A stretch of DNA of 64,000 nucleotides from Rebecca billardiae RCC1528 (lineage: Eukaryota; Protista; Haptophyta). The notes beneath the pieces are model-generated. The model saw only the letters and a list, made by a program, of their open reading frames with translations, did no database searches and was not told the DNA's origin. How positions within the stretch are numbered: position 1 is the stretch's first letter; every line of letters starts with the position of its first letter. The stretch covers positions 1,114,869 to 1,178,868 of the forward strand of contig OZ251247.1 of assembly GCA_965240325.2 (NCBI GenBank), given 5' to 3'. Below are positions 14,703 through 24,617 of the stretch, in pieces. The position numbers were made by a program, and so were the translations under genes.

Positions 14703-17700
14703 TCACAGCTCCAGCTTGCCAGCGTCCTTGCCGCTCTGCTCCCACGCCTCGCGCACCGCCTTCTTGCCTGCCTCGCTGAGGCCATTGAAACTGCGGGAGG
14801 CGCGCAGTGGGGGACGGGTGTCGGGCGCGCGGCTGGAGCGTGAGCAAGGGCAGAGCGCGTGCGCGCGGCGCATGCCCGTCCGAGCACGCGCGAGCGCGCC
14901 GCCTGCGCCGCTGCCACAGCGCCCCGCGGCCGCGCCGCCCGCCCGCCGCCGCGCGCGCGCCCGAGCCCGCCGACGCGGCCGCGCGCGCGGCGCACGCTCG
15001 GACATCACCGCGCGAGGGCGCGCGGCGCGCGCGCGCGCGGCGCGCCGCGCTCGTCGTGCGTCCGCAGCGCATGCCCCGGCTGGCGCCCACCCACCCACCC
15101 CCACCCCTCCGCGCCACCCCCGCGCCCGCCCCCGCGCGCGTGCACACGTACCTGAGGTCAAGCGACTGCAGGGAGCGGCTGTGGCGCACTGCTTCCGCGA
15201 TGGCGGTGGCGCCAGCGTCGCCGATCTGGTTGTAACTGCTGAAGGCGCGGCGGGAGGGGCGGGCACGCGGCGGGGGCGTGAGTGGGTGTCGAGCGCGCGC
15301 GCGCGCAGCGTGTGCCCGCCCGAGCACGCGCGAGCGCGCCGCACGCGCCGCTGGCACAGCGCCCCGCGGCCGCGCCGCCCGCCCGCCGCCGCGCGCGCGC
15401 CCGAGCCCGCCGACGGGCCGCGCGCGCGGCGCACGCTCGGACATCACCGCGCGAGGGCGCGCGGCGCGCGCGCGCGCGGCGCGCCGCGCTCGACGTGCGT
15501 CCGCAGCGCATGCCCCGGCTGGCGCCCACCCACCCAGCCCCGCCCCTCCGCGCCAACCCCGCACCCGCCCCCGCGCGCGTGCACACGTACTTGAGCCAGA
15601 GCGTCTGCAGGGAGCGGCTGTGGCGCACTGCTTCCGCGATGGCAGTGGCGCCAGCGGCGCCGATCTGGTTGCCACTGCGGGAGGCGCGGTGGGAGGAGCG
15701 GGCGCGCGGCGGGGGTGTGAGTGGGTGTCGAGCGCGCGCGCGCGATGCGTGCCCGCCCGAGCACGCGCGAGCGCGCCGCACGCGCCGCTGGCACAGCGCC
15801 CCGCGGCCGCGCCGCCCGCCCGCCGCCGCGCGCGCGCCCGAGCCCGCCGACGGGCCGCGCGCGCGGCGCACGCACGGACATCATCGCGCGAGGGCGCGCG
15901 GCGCGCGCGCGCGCGGCGCGCAGCGCTCGACGTGCGTCCGCAGCACATGCCCCAGCTGGCGCCCACCCACCCAGCCCCGCCCCTCCGCGCCAACCCCGCA
16001 CCCGCCCCCGCGCGCGTGCACACGTACGTGAGGTAGAGCGTCTGCAGGGAGCGGCTGTGGCGCACTGCTTTTGCGATGGCGGTGGCGCCAGCGGCGCCGA
16101 TCTGGTTGCCACTGCGGGAGGCGCGGCGGGAGGAGCGGGCGCGCGGCGGGGGCGTGAGTGGGTGTCGAGCACGCGCGCGCGATGCGTGCCCGCCCGAGCA
16201 CGCGCGAGCGCGCCGCACGCGCCGCTGGCACAGCGCCCCGCGGCCGCGCCGCCCGCCCGCCGCCGCGCGCGCGCCCGAGCCCGCCGACGGGCCGCGCGCG
16301 CGGCGCACGCTCGGACATCACCGCGCGAGGGCGCGCGGCGCGCGCGCGAGCGGCGCGCCGCGCTCGACGTGCGTCCACAGCGCATGCCCCGACTGGCGCC
16401 CACCCACCCACCCCCGCCTCTCCGCGCCACCCCCGCGCCCGCCCCCGCGCGCGTGCACACGTACTGGAGGCCAAGCGTCTGCAGGGAGCGGCTGTGGCGC
16501 ACTGCTTCCGCGATGGCAGTGGCGCCAGCGTCGCCGATCTCGTTGTAACTGCGGGAGGCGCGGCGGGAGGGGCGGGCGCGCGGCGGGGGCGTGAGTGGGT
16601 GTCGAGCGCGCGCGCGCGGCGCGTGCCCACCCGAGCACGCGCGAGCGCGCCGCACGCGCCGCTGGCACAGCGCCCCGCGGCCGCGCCGCCCGCCCGCCGC
16701 CGCGCGCGCGCCCGAGCCCGCCGCGGCAGGCGCCGCGTCGTCGCCACGCGCGCGCGCGCACACCTGAGTTCGAAGAACACTGGATCTGCCTTGAGCTGCA
16801 GCAAGCGCACGACGACGGCCTTGTGCACCACCCACGCGCAGCCCCACGCCCACGCGAGTGCCGCCAGCGCCGGCGCGCTCTGCGCCTGGCGCCACGCGGA
16901 CGGCCAGCGCAGCGCGGCCACCGCCAGCGCGGCCTCCGCGCAGCCGAGCAGGATGTGGGTGGGCGCCGTGCGCGCGAGCCACCCCGCCGAGCTCAGGTCG
17001 ACCATGCCGACGGCCGCGTACACGATGCCCGCCGTCCACGCCGCGCTCCGCCAGGCCGCCAGCTGCCCTCCGCGCTCGAGTGCACGAGTGACCTCGAGGT
17101 GGCCGCTGTAGCGCACGGAGGCGACCAGCGCGAGCGCCGCCGCCGCGAGCGCCGCCAGCAGCCAGCTGTGGAACGCGCAGGCGAAGAGGCCGTGCGTCAG
17201 CGCGCGGCACAGCACGGACGCTACCGTGCCCACGCGGCACGCCAGGTCGTCCAAACCCACCGCCCAGCCGACCACGGGCACGGTCACGCTCCACCACTGC
17301 ACGGCGGGCCGACCAGCAGCATCAACAGCCACGCTGCTGGTGGTGTACACGTACGTGTGGTGGCCAATCATCGAGGCGGAGAAGAGCAGCGAGGCGAGCG
17401 CCAGCGGCGTGGCGTGCCCGGCGCCGATGCGCAGCATCGCGTACCCCTGCAGGTACGTCTGCGGCGCGCTCTCCACCGTCGCCTCGAGCGCCTTTGCGTC
17501 GCGCAGCCGCGCTTCCTTGGCTTTGCGCCCCGACTCGTGAGCATCGGGCGGCAGCGCGGCCACCTCTGCCGCGGCGCGCGCGACTTGGAGCGTGGGCAGC
17601 GCGCCCGCGGCGGTGAAGACGAAGGCGAGGCCCGCCCACAGCCGGTGCGCGCACCGCCACCACTGCGACGCCAGCAGCGCGTCTGTGAACAGGTCGAACG

Positions 17701-18256
17701 CGGACATGGCCGCCGAGAAGAGGCTCTTCGCCGTGGACGCGGCCGCATCCGGGCTCTTCCACGCGCGCAGCAGCAGCAGCGCGGCGACGGCGAGGACGAG
17801 GATGGACGCGTCCAACACAAAAGCCCAGCGCGCAGCGTGCTCGACCGTCGAGCCCGGCGCCATGAGCCACTGCCAGTCCTGCCGCCCCACGCGCGCGAGG
17901 CAGCGCGCATCCTCGGGCACGTCCGCCGTCCCTCGCTGCTGCAGCCGGCTGAGCGAGCCCTTGATGTGGTGCCGCCAGTGGTACGCTGCGCTGGTGAGGA
18001 GGACAGTGCCGCACGCGGCGCCGACGACGAGCAGCCACCGCCCCGCGCCCCAGCCCGCGAGCCGCTCGCGCACCCCCCGCCGCGCGCCGTCGTCGCCGCC
18101 CGCGGCCGCGTCGCTCGGCTCGGCGCCATCTTGGACGAGCGTGGCGCGGGCATCGGGCGGTGCCTCGGGCGCGCCGTCGTCGCCACGCTCCTCCTCGTCA
18201 CTGGAGCGCACGCCGGCTTGCGTGCCGCAGGGGTTCTTGCCGCAGAAGAGCCACAT
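14703..18256 (-). CDS. XK-related multi-pass membrane domain fused to C-terminal RI/NLRC3-type leucine-rich repeats
   Basis: Exon 1 (18256-16764) has several hydrophobic helices, FDLFTDALLA and the XK-like LEATVESAPQTYLQ. Four 84-nt exons follow (16548-16465, 16111-16028, 15674-15591, 15235-15152), each encoding xNxIGxAGATAIAxAVRHSRSLQxLxL. The terminal exon 14790-14703 reads FNGLSEAGKKAVREAW..KLEL*. All introns are GT-AG, phase 2. The start codon is uncertain. Confidence 0.8.
14790..16730. repeat. Tandem ~437-bp intron+LRR-exon repeat (about 4.5 units)
   Basis: Exon ends at 16465, 16028, 15591 and 15152 (spacing 437, 437, 439); introns are nearly identical between units. Confidence 0.95.
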
Positions 18257-18729
18257 GCTCGGGCGTAAGGGGGAGCGCGCGTGATTCCGATGGCGGCGGC
18301 CCCTGGCAAATGATGAGCCTGCGATCGGCCACGAGCTCGTTCGAGGCTCGAGCGCGTTCATTGATGACTTGTGAGAAGCCTTGGGCGTCTGGGACGCAAC
18401 AATGACATCATATTCTGGCGCCCAAATCGGATGCCAGTTTTCATAAGCAGGTGCGATTCCCCAGTGAGTATTATGAGTACCAGGCGATCGAAATATGCAG
18501 CTTGACTGTTCGCGTTGACAGGTACTCCACCAATTTGCATAGTACAGTTTACTAAGGATAAGAGACGCACATGTACAGCTCAGGCAGGCGAGTAGTAGTA
18601 TTGGGGTCAATTCAAATTCCCCTTTATAATGGGCTCCGGGTGATCAGACTGGCGGGGTAATGGCATACAGTTTAATTAACGGTAAACGGTCTGACGATCC
18701 GCTTTATGAGAGGTAGTACAATGTTGAGG

Positions 18730-19040
18730 GCGACCGCCCGTACTCGGCGTCCGGTGTGCGCCCTCGGCGAACACGCGCGCGGGCGCGGGCGGCGCGCACG
18801 CGCCACCGCCGCCGCCGCCGCCACCCGCCGCGGAGGCGGCGAGGCGCGGCGCCGCGCTCGGCTCGGCCGGCAGCCACGTCGCGCCGGGCGCGCAGCCCCA
18901 GCAGCAGCCCGGCCGTGTCGCGCCACCACGCGCATCGCCGCGGTGAGGCTCGTCTGCAAGCGGGCTGCGCGCGTGTGGCGCGCGCGGGCGCACGGGACGG
19001 GGCGGGCGGGACGAGGCGGGCGGCGTGTCGGGCGGTTGTG
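18730..19040 (-). repeat. Dispersed duplication, inverted copy of ~58985-59310
   Basis: Both copies translate to ...ATRPGCC.GCAPGAT.LP.EPSAAPRLAASAAGGGGGGGACAPPAPARV and are in opposite orientation. Confidence 0.8.
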
Positions 19041-19700
19041 GCCGATACATACCCCCATATTGCGGTGCGATGTACGCTAGTTTGTGCGCGCAGTGAGCAG
19101 CAGGGCGTTACCGTCTCGCGGGCGGCGGCGACCCTCGTGGCGAGGCGGCTCGTAGGCCGACGAGCATGAGCGCCCGATGGTGGGTCGCCACGGCTGTGGC
19201 GCACGACGCTATGGTATGTACTGCAATACTACCTCCGAGGCGCCTCGTCTGGCTGCGGGACGTCGTCCGCACACGCTGGCCAGGTCGCGCGCGCTTCTCG
19301 TGCAGCGTCTTCGACCGCGCGTTGTTTTGAACATCGGGAGTGCTGACGATGCCGCGCACACTATCGTAGTAGTCGCATCGTCAACAAGGTCGCCGCTGCG
19401 AACACTGCGCGCCAGCGACGATATGGCGCGCGTCGCGTGTTATTATCGTCGTCAAGCCGCGGCGCAGCAGCAACGACTACGTACGACTGCTCGTCATGCT
19501 GCTCGCTCGAACCGACGCTGGCGACTCACGCGGACACGGGTCACTCACGGAGCCCGTGATTGGGCCCGTGAAGACGCGACCGTTACGACGCGCGTGGGCC
19601 GCGCGGGACTTAGCTACTGCTACTCAGCACGGGAACGGCTACCAGGGCGGCCGCGGCCGTGCCGCGGACTCACGGCGGGGCACTACTACTAGGCCGCCCA

Positions 19701-21086
19701 TCAGAGCAATCTTGCAGGCGGAGTAGCGGCGGACGCACGTCGTCGAGCAGATCGGCGCGCGGCGGCGGCGCCGGCGCCGCCGCACACCTCCGCCTCGGCG
19801 CGGCGCCCCGGGCAGTGCGTGGAGACGAACGCCCTGCACGCGTGCGCCTCGTGCACAAAGGCGTGCTCGGCGCAGCGCCAGCCGCCGCAGCCCCAGCCGT
19901 TGCGCTCCTTGTGGAACGCGCGCAGCCGCGCGCCGTCCGCCCCGCGCCAGAGCGCGCTCGCGTTGCGCAGCGCGCGCGCGTACTTGGGGCGGCCGTAGAT
20001 GCCCGCCTCCCACTGCATGTGCAGCTCCACGAGCAGCTGGCCGACGCGCAGCCGGCCGTCGCGGATGGCGCGCAGCACGGGCGGCAGCGCGCGCCACTCG
20101 CACCCCTCGCAGGCCACCTTGAGCACGTCGAGCACGCGGCCGCTGTGCCCGAGCGCGCGCATCATCGACTGCAGCGTGCGCATAGGCCCGCCCTCCGCCT
20201 CGGCCACTCCGGGCTCTAGGCCGCGCCGCGCGCCCACGGGCGCGGCAGGCGCGGCACCGGCGGAAGCGGACCGCGCGGCACTGCCGCTGCCGCCGCCACC
20301 GCCGCCACCACCCGCCCGCGCCGCTGCCGCCGCCACGCCACCGCCCGCCCGCGCCGCCGCCGCCGCGGCCGCGCGCGCCTCTGCCCGGCGCGCCTCCGCC
20401 GCCTCCTCCGCGTCTGCGCCGTCGCGGTCGCTCAGCCCGAGCGGGTGGAAGGCGGCGACGGCGGCGCCGCTGAAGCTGAGCCCGCGGCGCGCGAGCGTGC
20501 GGTCGAACGTGTGCACCTCGCACGGCGTGCGGCTGCGCACCGCCGCCTCGAACGTCCAGTCGTCGTCGCTGCCCACGCTGTACACCAGGCAGGGCGCGCG
20601 CAGCCTGTCCACGGCGCACACACACTTGGGGCCGTCGCCGTACGCGAAGTACGGCGGGTCGAGCTGCTGGAAGACGGGGCCGCCGAGGCGCTCCTCCGAC
20701 TCGCACGCCCACTCGGGCTCGATAAAGTCGAACACCGACGACTGCTTCGCCCCCGCGTGCAGCTCGTGCTCGCCGTGCAGCAGCGACAGAGCCGAGCGGC
20801 GCGCGCGGCGCGCGCGCGCCGCGCGCGCCTGCTTGGCGCGCCACAGCACCGCGCACGGCGAGGGCGTGTCGCCGACGTCCGGGACGCCCGCGACGTCGCC
20901 GAGCGCACGCGGCGGCTCGGCGGTCAGCGTGCGAGGGCGCAACCCCCATCGTGCGGCCCGCCGCCGGCCACTCCGCCCACTCGTCGTCTCGTGGCGGCGG
21001 CCGCTGCGGCCGGACCGGACCGCCTTTCCGTTTGGGCAGCACCGCACCGGGTGGCGGCAAAGCTCGACGCCGACGGACGCCGGCAT
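19701..21086 (-). CDS. Methyltransf_22 / METTL24-like SAM-dependent methyltransferase-fold protein
   Basis: EPEWAC..ERLGG..GDGPKCVC, CLVYSVGSDDDWTFE, CEVHTFD, RTLQSMMRALGH..LDVLKVACEGCEW, QLLVELH, FHKERN..C.E.AF match the family pattern. The start is uncertain (in-frame ATG at 21086). Confidence 0.75.
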   Translation of the reverse strand: MPASVGVELCRHPVRCCPNGKAVRSGRSGRRHETTSGRSGRRRAARWGLRPRTLTAEPPRALGDVAGVPDVGDTPSPCAVLWRAKQARAARARRARRSALSLLHGEHELHAGAKQSSVFDFIEPEWACESEERLGGPVFQQLDPPYFAYGDGPKCVCAVDRLRAPCLVYSVGSDDDWTFEAAVRSRTPCEVHTFDRTLARRGLSFSGAAVAAFHPLGLSDRDGADAEEAAEARRAEARAAAAAAARAGGGVAAAAARAGGGGGGGGSGSAARSASAGAAPAAPVGARRGLEPGVAEAEGGPMRTLQSMMRALGHSGRVLDVLKVACEGCEWRALPPVLRAIRDGRLRVGQLLVELHMQWEAGIYGRPKYARALRNASALWRGADGARLRAFHKERNGWGCGGWRCAEHAFVHEAHACRAFVSTHCPGRRAEAEVCGGAGAAAARRSARRRASAATPPARLL

Positions 21087-21612
21087 GTCGTCGCCGTTCC
21101 CGCTGCCACCGTCGGTGGTGCTCGCCTGCGCGCGCGCGGCGGCGGCGATCTTCGGGCTGACGGCCCTCCTGCAGGTCGCCATCGCGTCCGGCGTGCCCCT
21201 CGGACGCGTCACCTACGGCGGCCGCCACTACGACCCGCGCACGGGCCGCTCGCCGTGGGCGCTGCGCGTGCCCGCCGCCCTCTTCGTGCCCGTGATGCTC
21301 GCGCTCGCGCTCGGCGTGTACAGCAAGGGCGTGGCGCTGCGCGACGGGGTGCGGAGCCCGGCGCTCACCGCCGCGACGTGGGCCGGCGCGCTGCTCATGG
21401 CGCTCAGCTTCGCCGCCAACCTGCTCGCCGCCACCTGGCTCGAGCGGCTGTGCGGCGGCTCGCTCGCGCTGCTCGGCGCGCTGTGCTGCGCGCTCGTCGG
21501 CGCCGCCGGGAGCCCGCGTGGCGCGGCGGATTCGGACGGCGATGGCGGTGGGATTCGGCAGGGCGGCGTGTCGCGCGCAGAGCCCAAGGCGGATGCCGCC
21601 GAGCTCTTGTAA
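21085..21612 (+). CDS. Small multi-TM membrane protein resembling a bacterial uncharacterised family
   Basis: 175-aa intronless ORF from ATG 21085 with about 4 hydrophobic helices; LLQVAIASGVPLGRVTYGGRH..LRV and LSFAANLLAATWLER recall bacterial ALGAPWG..AWGG proteins (from memory, not searched). Confidence 0.6.
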   Translation: MSSPFPLPPSVVLACARAAAAIFGLTALLQVAIASGVPLGRVTYGGRHYDPRTGRSPWALRVPAALFVPVMLALALGVYSKGVALRDGVRSPALTAATWAGALLMALSFAANLLAATWLERLCGGSLALLGALCCALVGAAGSPRGAADSDGDGGGIRQGGVSRAEPKADAAELL

Positions 21613-21628
21613 CGCGGGGCCGCGCAAC

Positions 21629-22246
21629 TCACTGCAAGGCGACACTTTGCGGGCCCGTGCTGACAGTGCCACGCGCCACAGACAGTGCTTCCACACAGCA
21701 GCGCAGCAGCACACAGCAGCGGGCGGTGCGCACCCACCTCGCCCACGCGGCCGCGTAGTCGGCCGCGAGCTCGAGCGCGGTCGCCTCCGCGTCCACCGGC
21801 TCGAGCGAGCCCCCCGCCGCCGCATCCTCAACACCGCCCCCCCCCGCCCTCCGCGCCCTCCGCGCCGCCGCCCCCCGCGTGTGCGTGTGCGCCGAGCAGC
21901 GCGCCGATCGCCGCGTACGGACAGCGCTCCACGAGCAGGGCGCGCGCGGGGCGCCACGCGCTGCACTCAACGAGGTGGCGGCTGCGGGGGCGCGTGGCGC
22001 GCGGGGTGTGGGTGTCCGGGCGGAGGGGCACGCGCGCGCTCGGTTGGCAGGCGGCCGCGCGCTGCTGAGCTGCCGCAGCCGCGCGAGGCGCGGCGCGGCT
22101 GAGGCAGAGGCGGCGGCGCGGCGCGCTCGCGCGGCTCGCCTGATGGCTGCGTGCGCGGTGCCGTGCGGCGCGAGGGCCTCGGACTGCGCGCCGTGCCACT
22201 GGATGTTGCGCGCCGAGCGCGGCTGCACCGGCGGCAGCTCCGCCCA

Positions 22247-22279
<33 letters not shown>

Positions 22280-24419
22280 CAGCCCGCGCGGCGCCGCGTG
22301 CGTGAGTGCGCGCGCCCTGTTGGCGCCCGCCCAGTGGCGCAGCACCGCGTGCGGCGTGGCGGTGGACTCCGCGACGATGGCGAGCGCGCGGTGCTCGCAC
22401 CCGCGCGTCCGCCCGCCCTGCCGCCCCGCGATGCGCACCATCGGCGCATGCCGAGCACCGTCGCCCTCTCCGGATGCTGCCGGCGGCGGCCCCACCTTGC
22501 GGCCGACGGCGGCAGAGCCATGGCCGCACGCGTGCACGCGGCCGTCGGCCGTCACGTACAGCGCGTGGCTGTGCGAGAGCGCACACGCGGCCACGCGCTG
22601 CCCGCCCAGCAGCGCCACGCGCACCGGCACGCTGGCGTCTGCCGACGCTGGGCGACCGAGCTGCGCGCACCAGTTGTTCCCGAACGTGTGCACGCTGCCG
22701 TCTACGCCCAGCACCGCGCTGCCATGAGGCCCAGCGCTGGCACTCACAGCGCGCACGCCGCCGAGTGCGGTGATGGGCGTAGGCAGGAGCTGCCCGCGTG
22801 TAGAGCCATGGCCGAGCTGTCCGGAAGAGCCCCGCCCGAACGAGTGCACACGCCCCACCGTGTCCACCACCAGGCTGTGCTGTAAGCCAGCGCTCACGTG
22901 CACGGTGCGCACGCCCACGAGCGCCTCGACGCGCCTCGGCGTGTGCTGATCCTGCTCGTCGCCGTGGCCGAGCTGGCCGCAGTAGCCGTGGCCGCACGAG
23001 TAGACGGCGCCACTGATGGAGAGCAGCAGCGTGTGGTACATGCCCGCGGCGATGCCACCAACGCGCACGCCGCCCAGCGCCTCGATGCGCGTCGGCTCCC
23101 ACCGGTCCTTCGTGTCGCCGTGTCCGCAAGGCTGGGCGTGTGTGACGCGTCATGACGTGACGTAACGTCATGACGTCATGACGTGACGCGAGGAATGGCG
23201 TAACGTGACGCCCGGACAGCGCTCTGCCCACGCCTGGCACACCCGGACCGTCACAGTAGTGCCACAGGCGGCTACGCGCGCGCGCGCCACGGCCGGGCGG
23301 CGCGCCGCGCAGTGCTTGGACGGGCAGCGGTGCAGCGCCCACGGCGATAGCTCGTGGATCCTCCAGCTCCACGGCCACATGGGTGCGGGAGCGGGGGCCC
23401 TCGCCTTTGGGCGACGAGCCCACTGCTGTGCCGCACTGACTAACTAGATACGGGAAGGGAACCCCGAATTAAGGCCCGAAACGTCATAACTCGTTTTAAT
23501 ATCATCAATATTACAAGAATACATACGTAACGGACGAAACGGTACCCGCCAAAAGACGTGTTGCTATGACGCGTAAATTACGCGTAAAACGCGTTACGTC
23601 ATGACGTGACGCTGGAAATGGGCGTCATGACGCGTCATAGCCCACCCCTGCGTGTCCGAGCTGGCCGCACTCGTTGAGGCCCAAGCTGTACGCGCAGCCT
23701 GCGGCCGCAGTGAGCGCGAGGCTGTGGTAGGCGCCGGCGGCGATGCCCACGACCGGCTCGCAATGGAACCCCTCAATCTGGGCGAAAGCGGACCGAGCCT
23801 TTCCGTCGCCTGGCCCCAGCTGCCCGCACGCGTTCTTGCCGCAGCCATACACGGCGCCGGCCTCGCTCAGCGCGAGCAGGTGGGCTTCGCCAGCCGCCAC
23901 CGCGACCACGCGCACCGCAGAGAGCGAGGCGACGTGCGTCGGCGTGTGCATCGGCTCGATGCGATCGTCACCGTGCCCCAGCGCACAAGGCGCGCGAGGA
24001 GGGCGCCACGGCCGCTCTTCCACGCCGCACGTGTGCAGCCCGCCCTCCGCGTCCACGAACGCGCTCACCGCTTCGAAATCCCCGTAAAGGGCACTGTAGC
24101 CACCACAAGCCACCACCTGCGCGTGCGCACGCGCGAGCTGGAGGACGTGCTCGCGCGCAAGTAGCTCATCCGTCCACGTGCACGACGACGCGGGCAGCGC
24201 CTCGGGCAGCGCGTGCTCGTGGCCGCGCGCGCGCGCGCGCTCGCGCAGCACACGCTCGACCGGTGCGCTGGCGCGGCCGGGCGCGCCGCGGAAGAGGCGC
24301 GAGGCGGCGTTGGCGCTCGCGAGATCTTGCGCGGCGGGGAGCCAGGCGAGGATGCGCTCGATCAGCTCCGGCGCCACGTCGGCGAGCGTGAGCCGCGGCA
24401 ATGCAGCGGCGCTTGCCAT
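21629..24419 (-). pseudogene. F-box + RCC1-repeat gene A1, interrupted by a hAT-like MITE; unique C-terminal extension
   Basis: MASAAALPRLTLADVAPELIERILAWLP from ATG 24419. Removing 23127-23650 plus one TSD copy restores GQLGHG|DTKDRWEPTRIE. The 3' end differs from all other A copies after ..MVRIAG. Confidence 0.85.
23127..23650. mobile_element. hAT-like MITE, 524 bp
   Basis: 8-bp TSD CGTGTCCG (23119-23126, 23651-23658); imperfect TIRs CAAGGCTGGGC..TGACGCGTCATGACG / CAGGGGTGGGC..TGACGCGTCATGACG; subterminal CGTCATGACG palindromes. Confidence 0.85.
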
Positions 24420-24617
24420 CTCGACCGCCGTCCCTCCGCCACCGTCGCTCACGCCTTGGCTTGGCCGCCACCCCACTGGAGCGGCGCGGCTGCCCCACTG
24501 GCCGTGGCCATTCACTGGCCAAACGGTCTTCGTCCGTCCAGTTGAACACCCCGGACCGAGCAGGCCCGCCGCCGAGGCGGAGGGAGCCACCGCGCGCGAG
24601 AGAAGCGCCGCCGCGTG

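Noticed and set aside
14569-17297. Long unspliced ORFs across the LRR repeat region
   Set aside because: They read through GC-rich introns; only the 84-nt exons bounded by cag/gtac are protein-like.
18257-18610. First 118 codons of the 909-aa ORF
   Set aside because: It starts at a non-ATG codon in a compositionally distinct island; ATG 18256 is the more plausible start.
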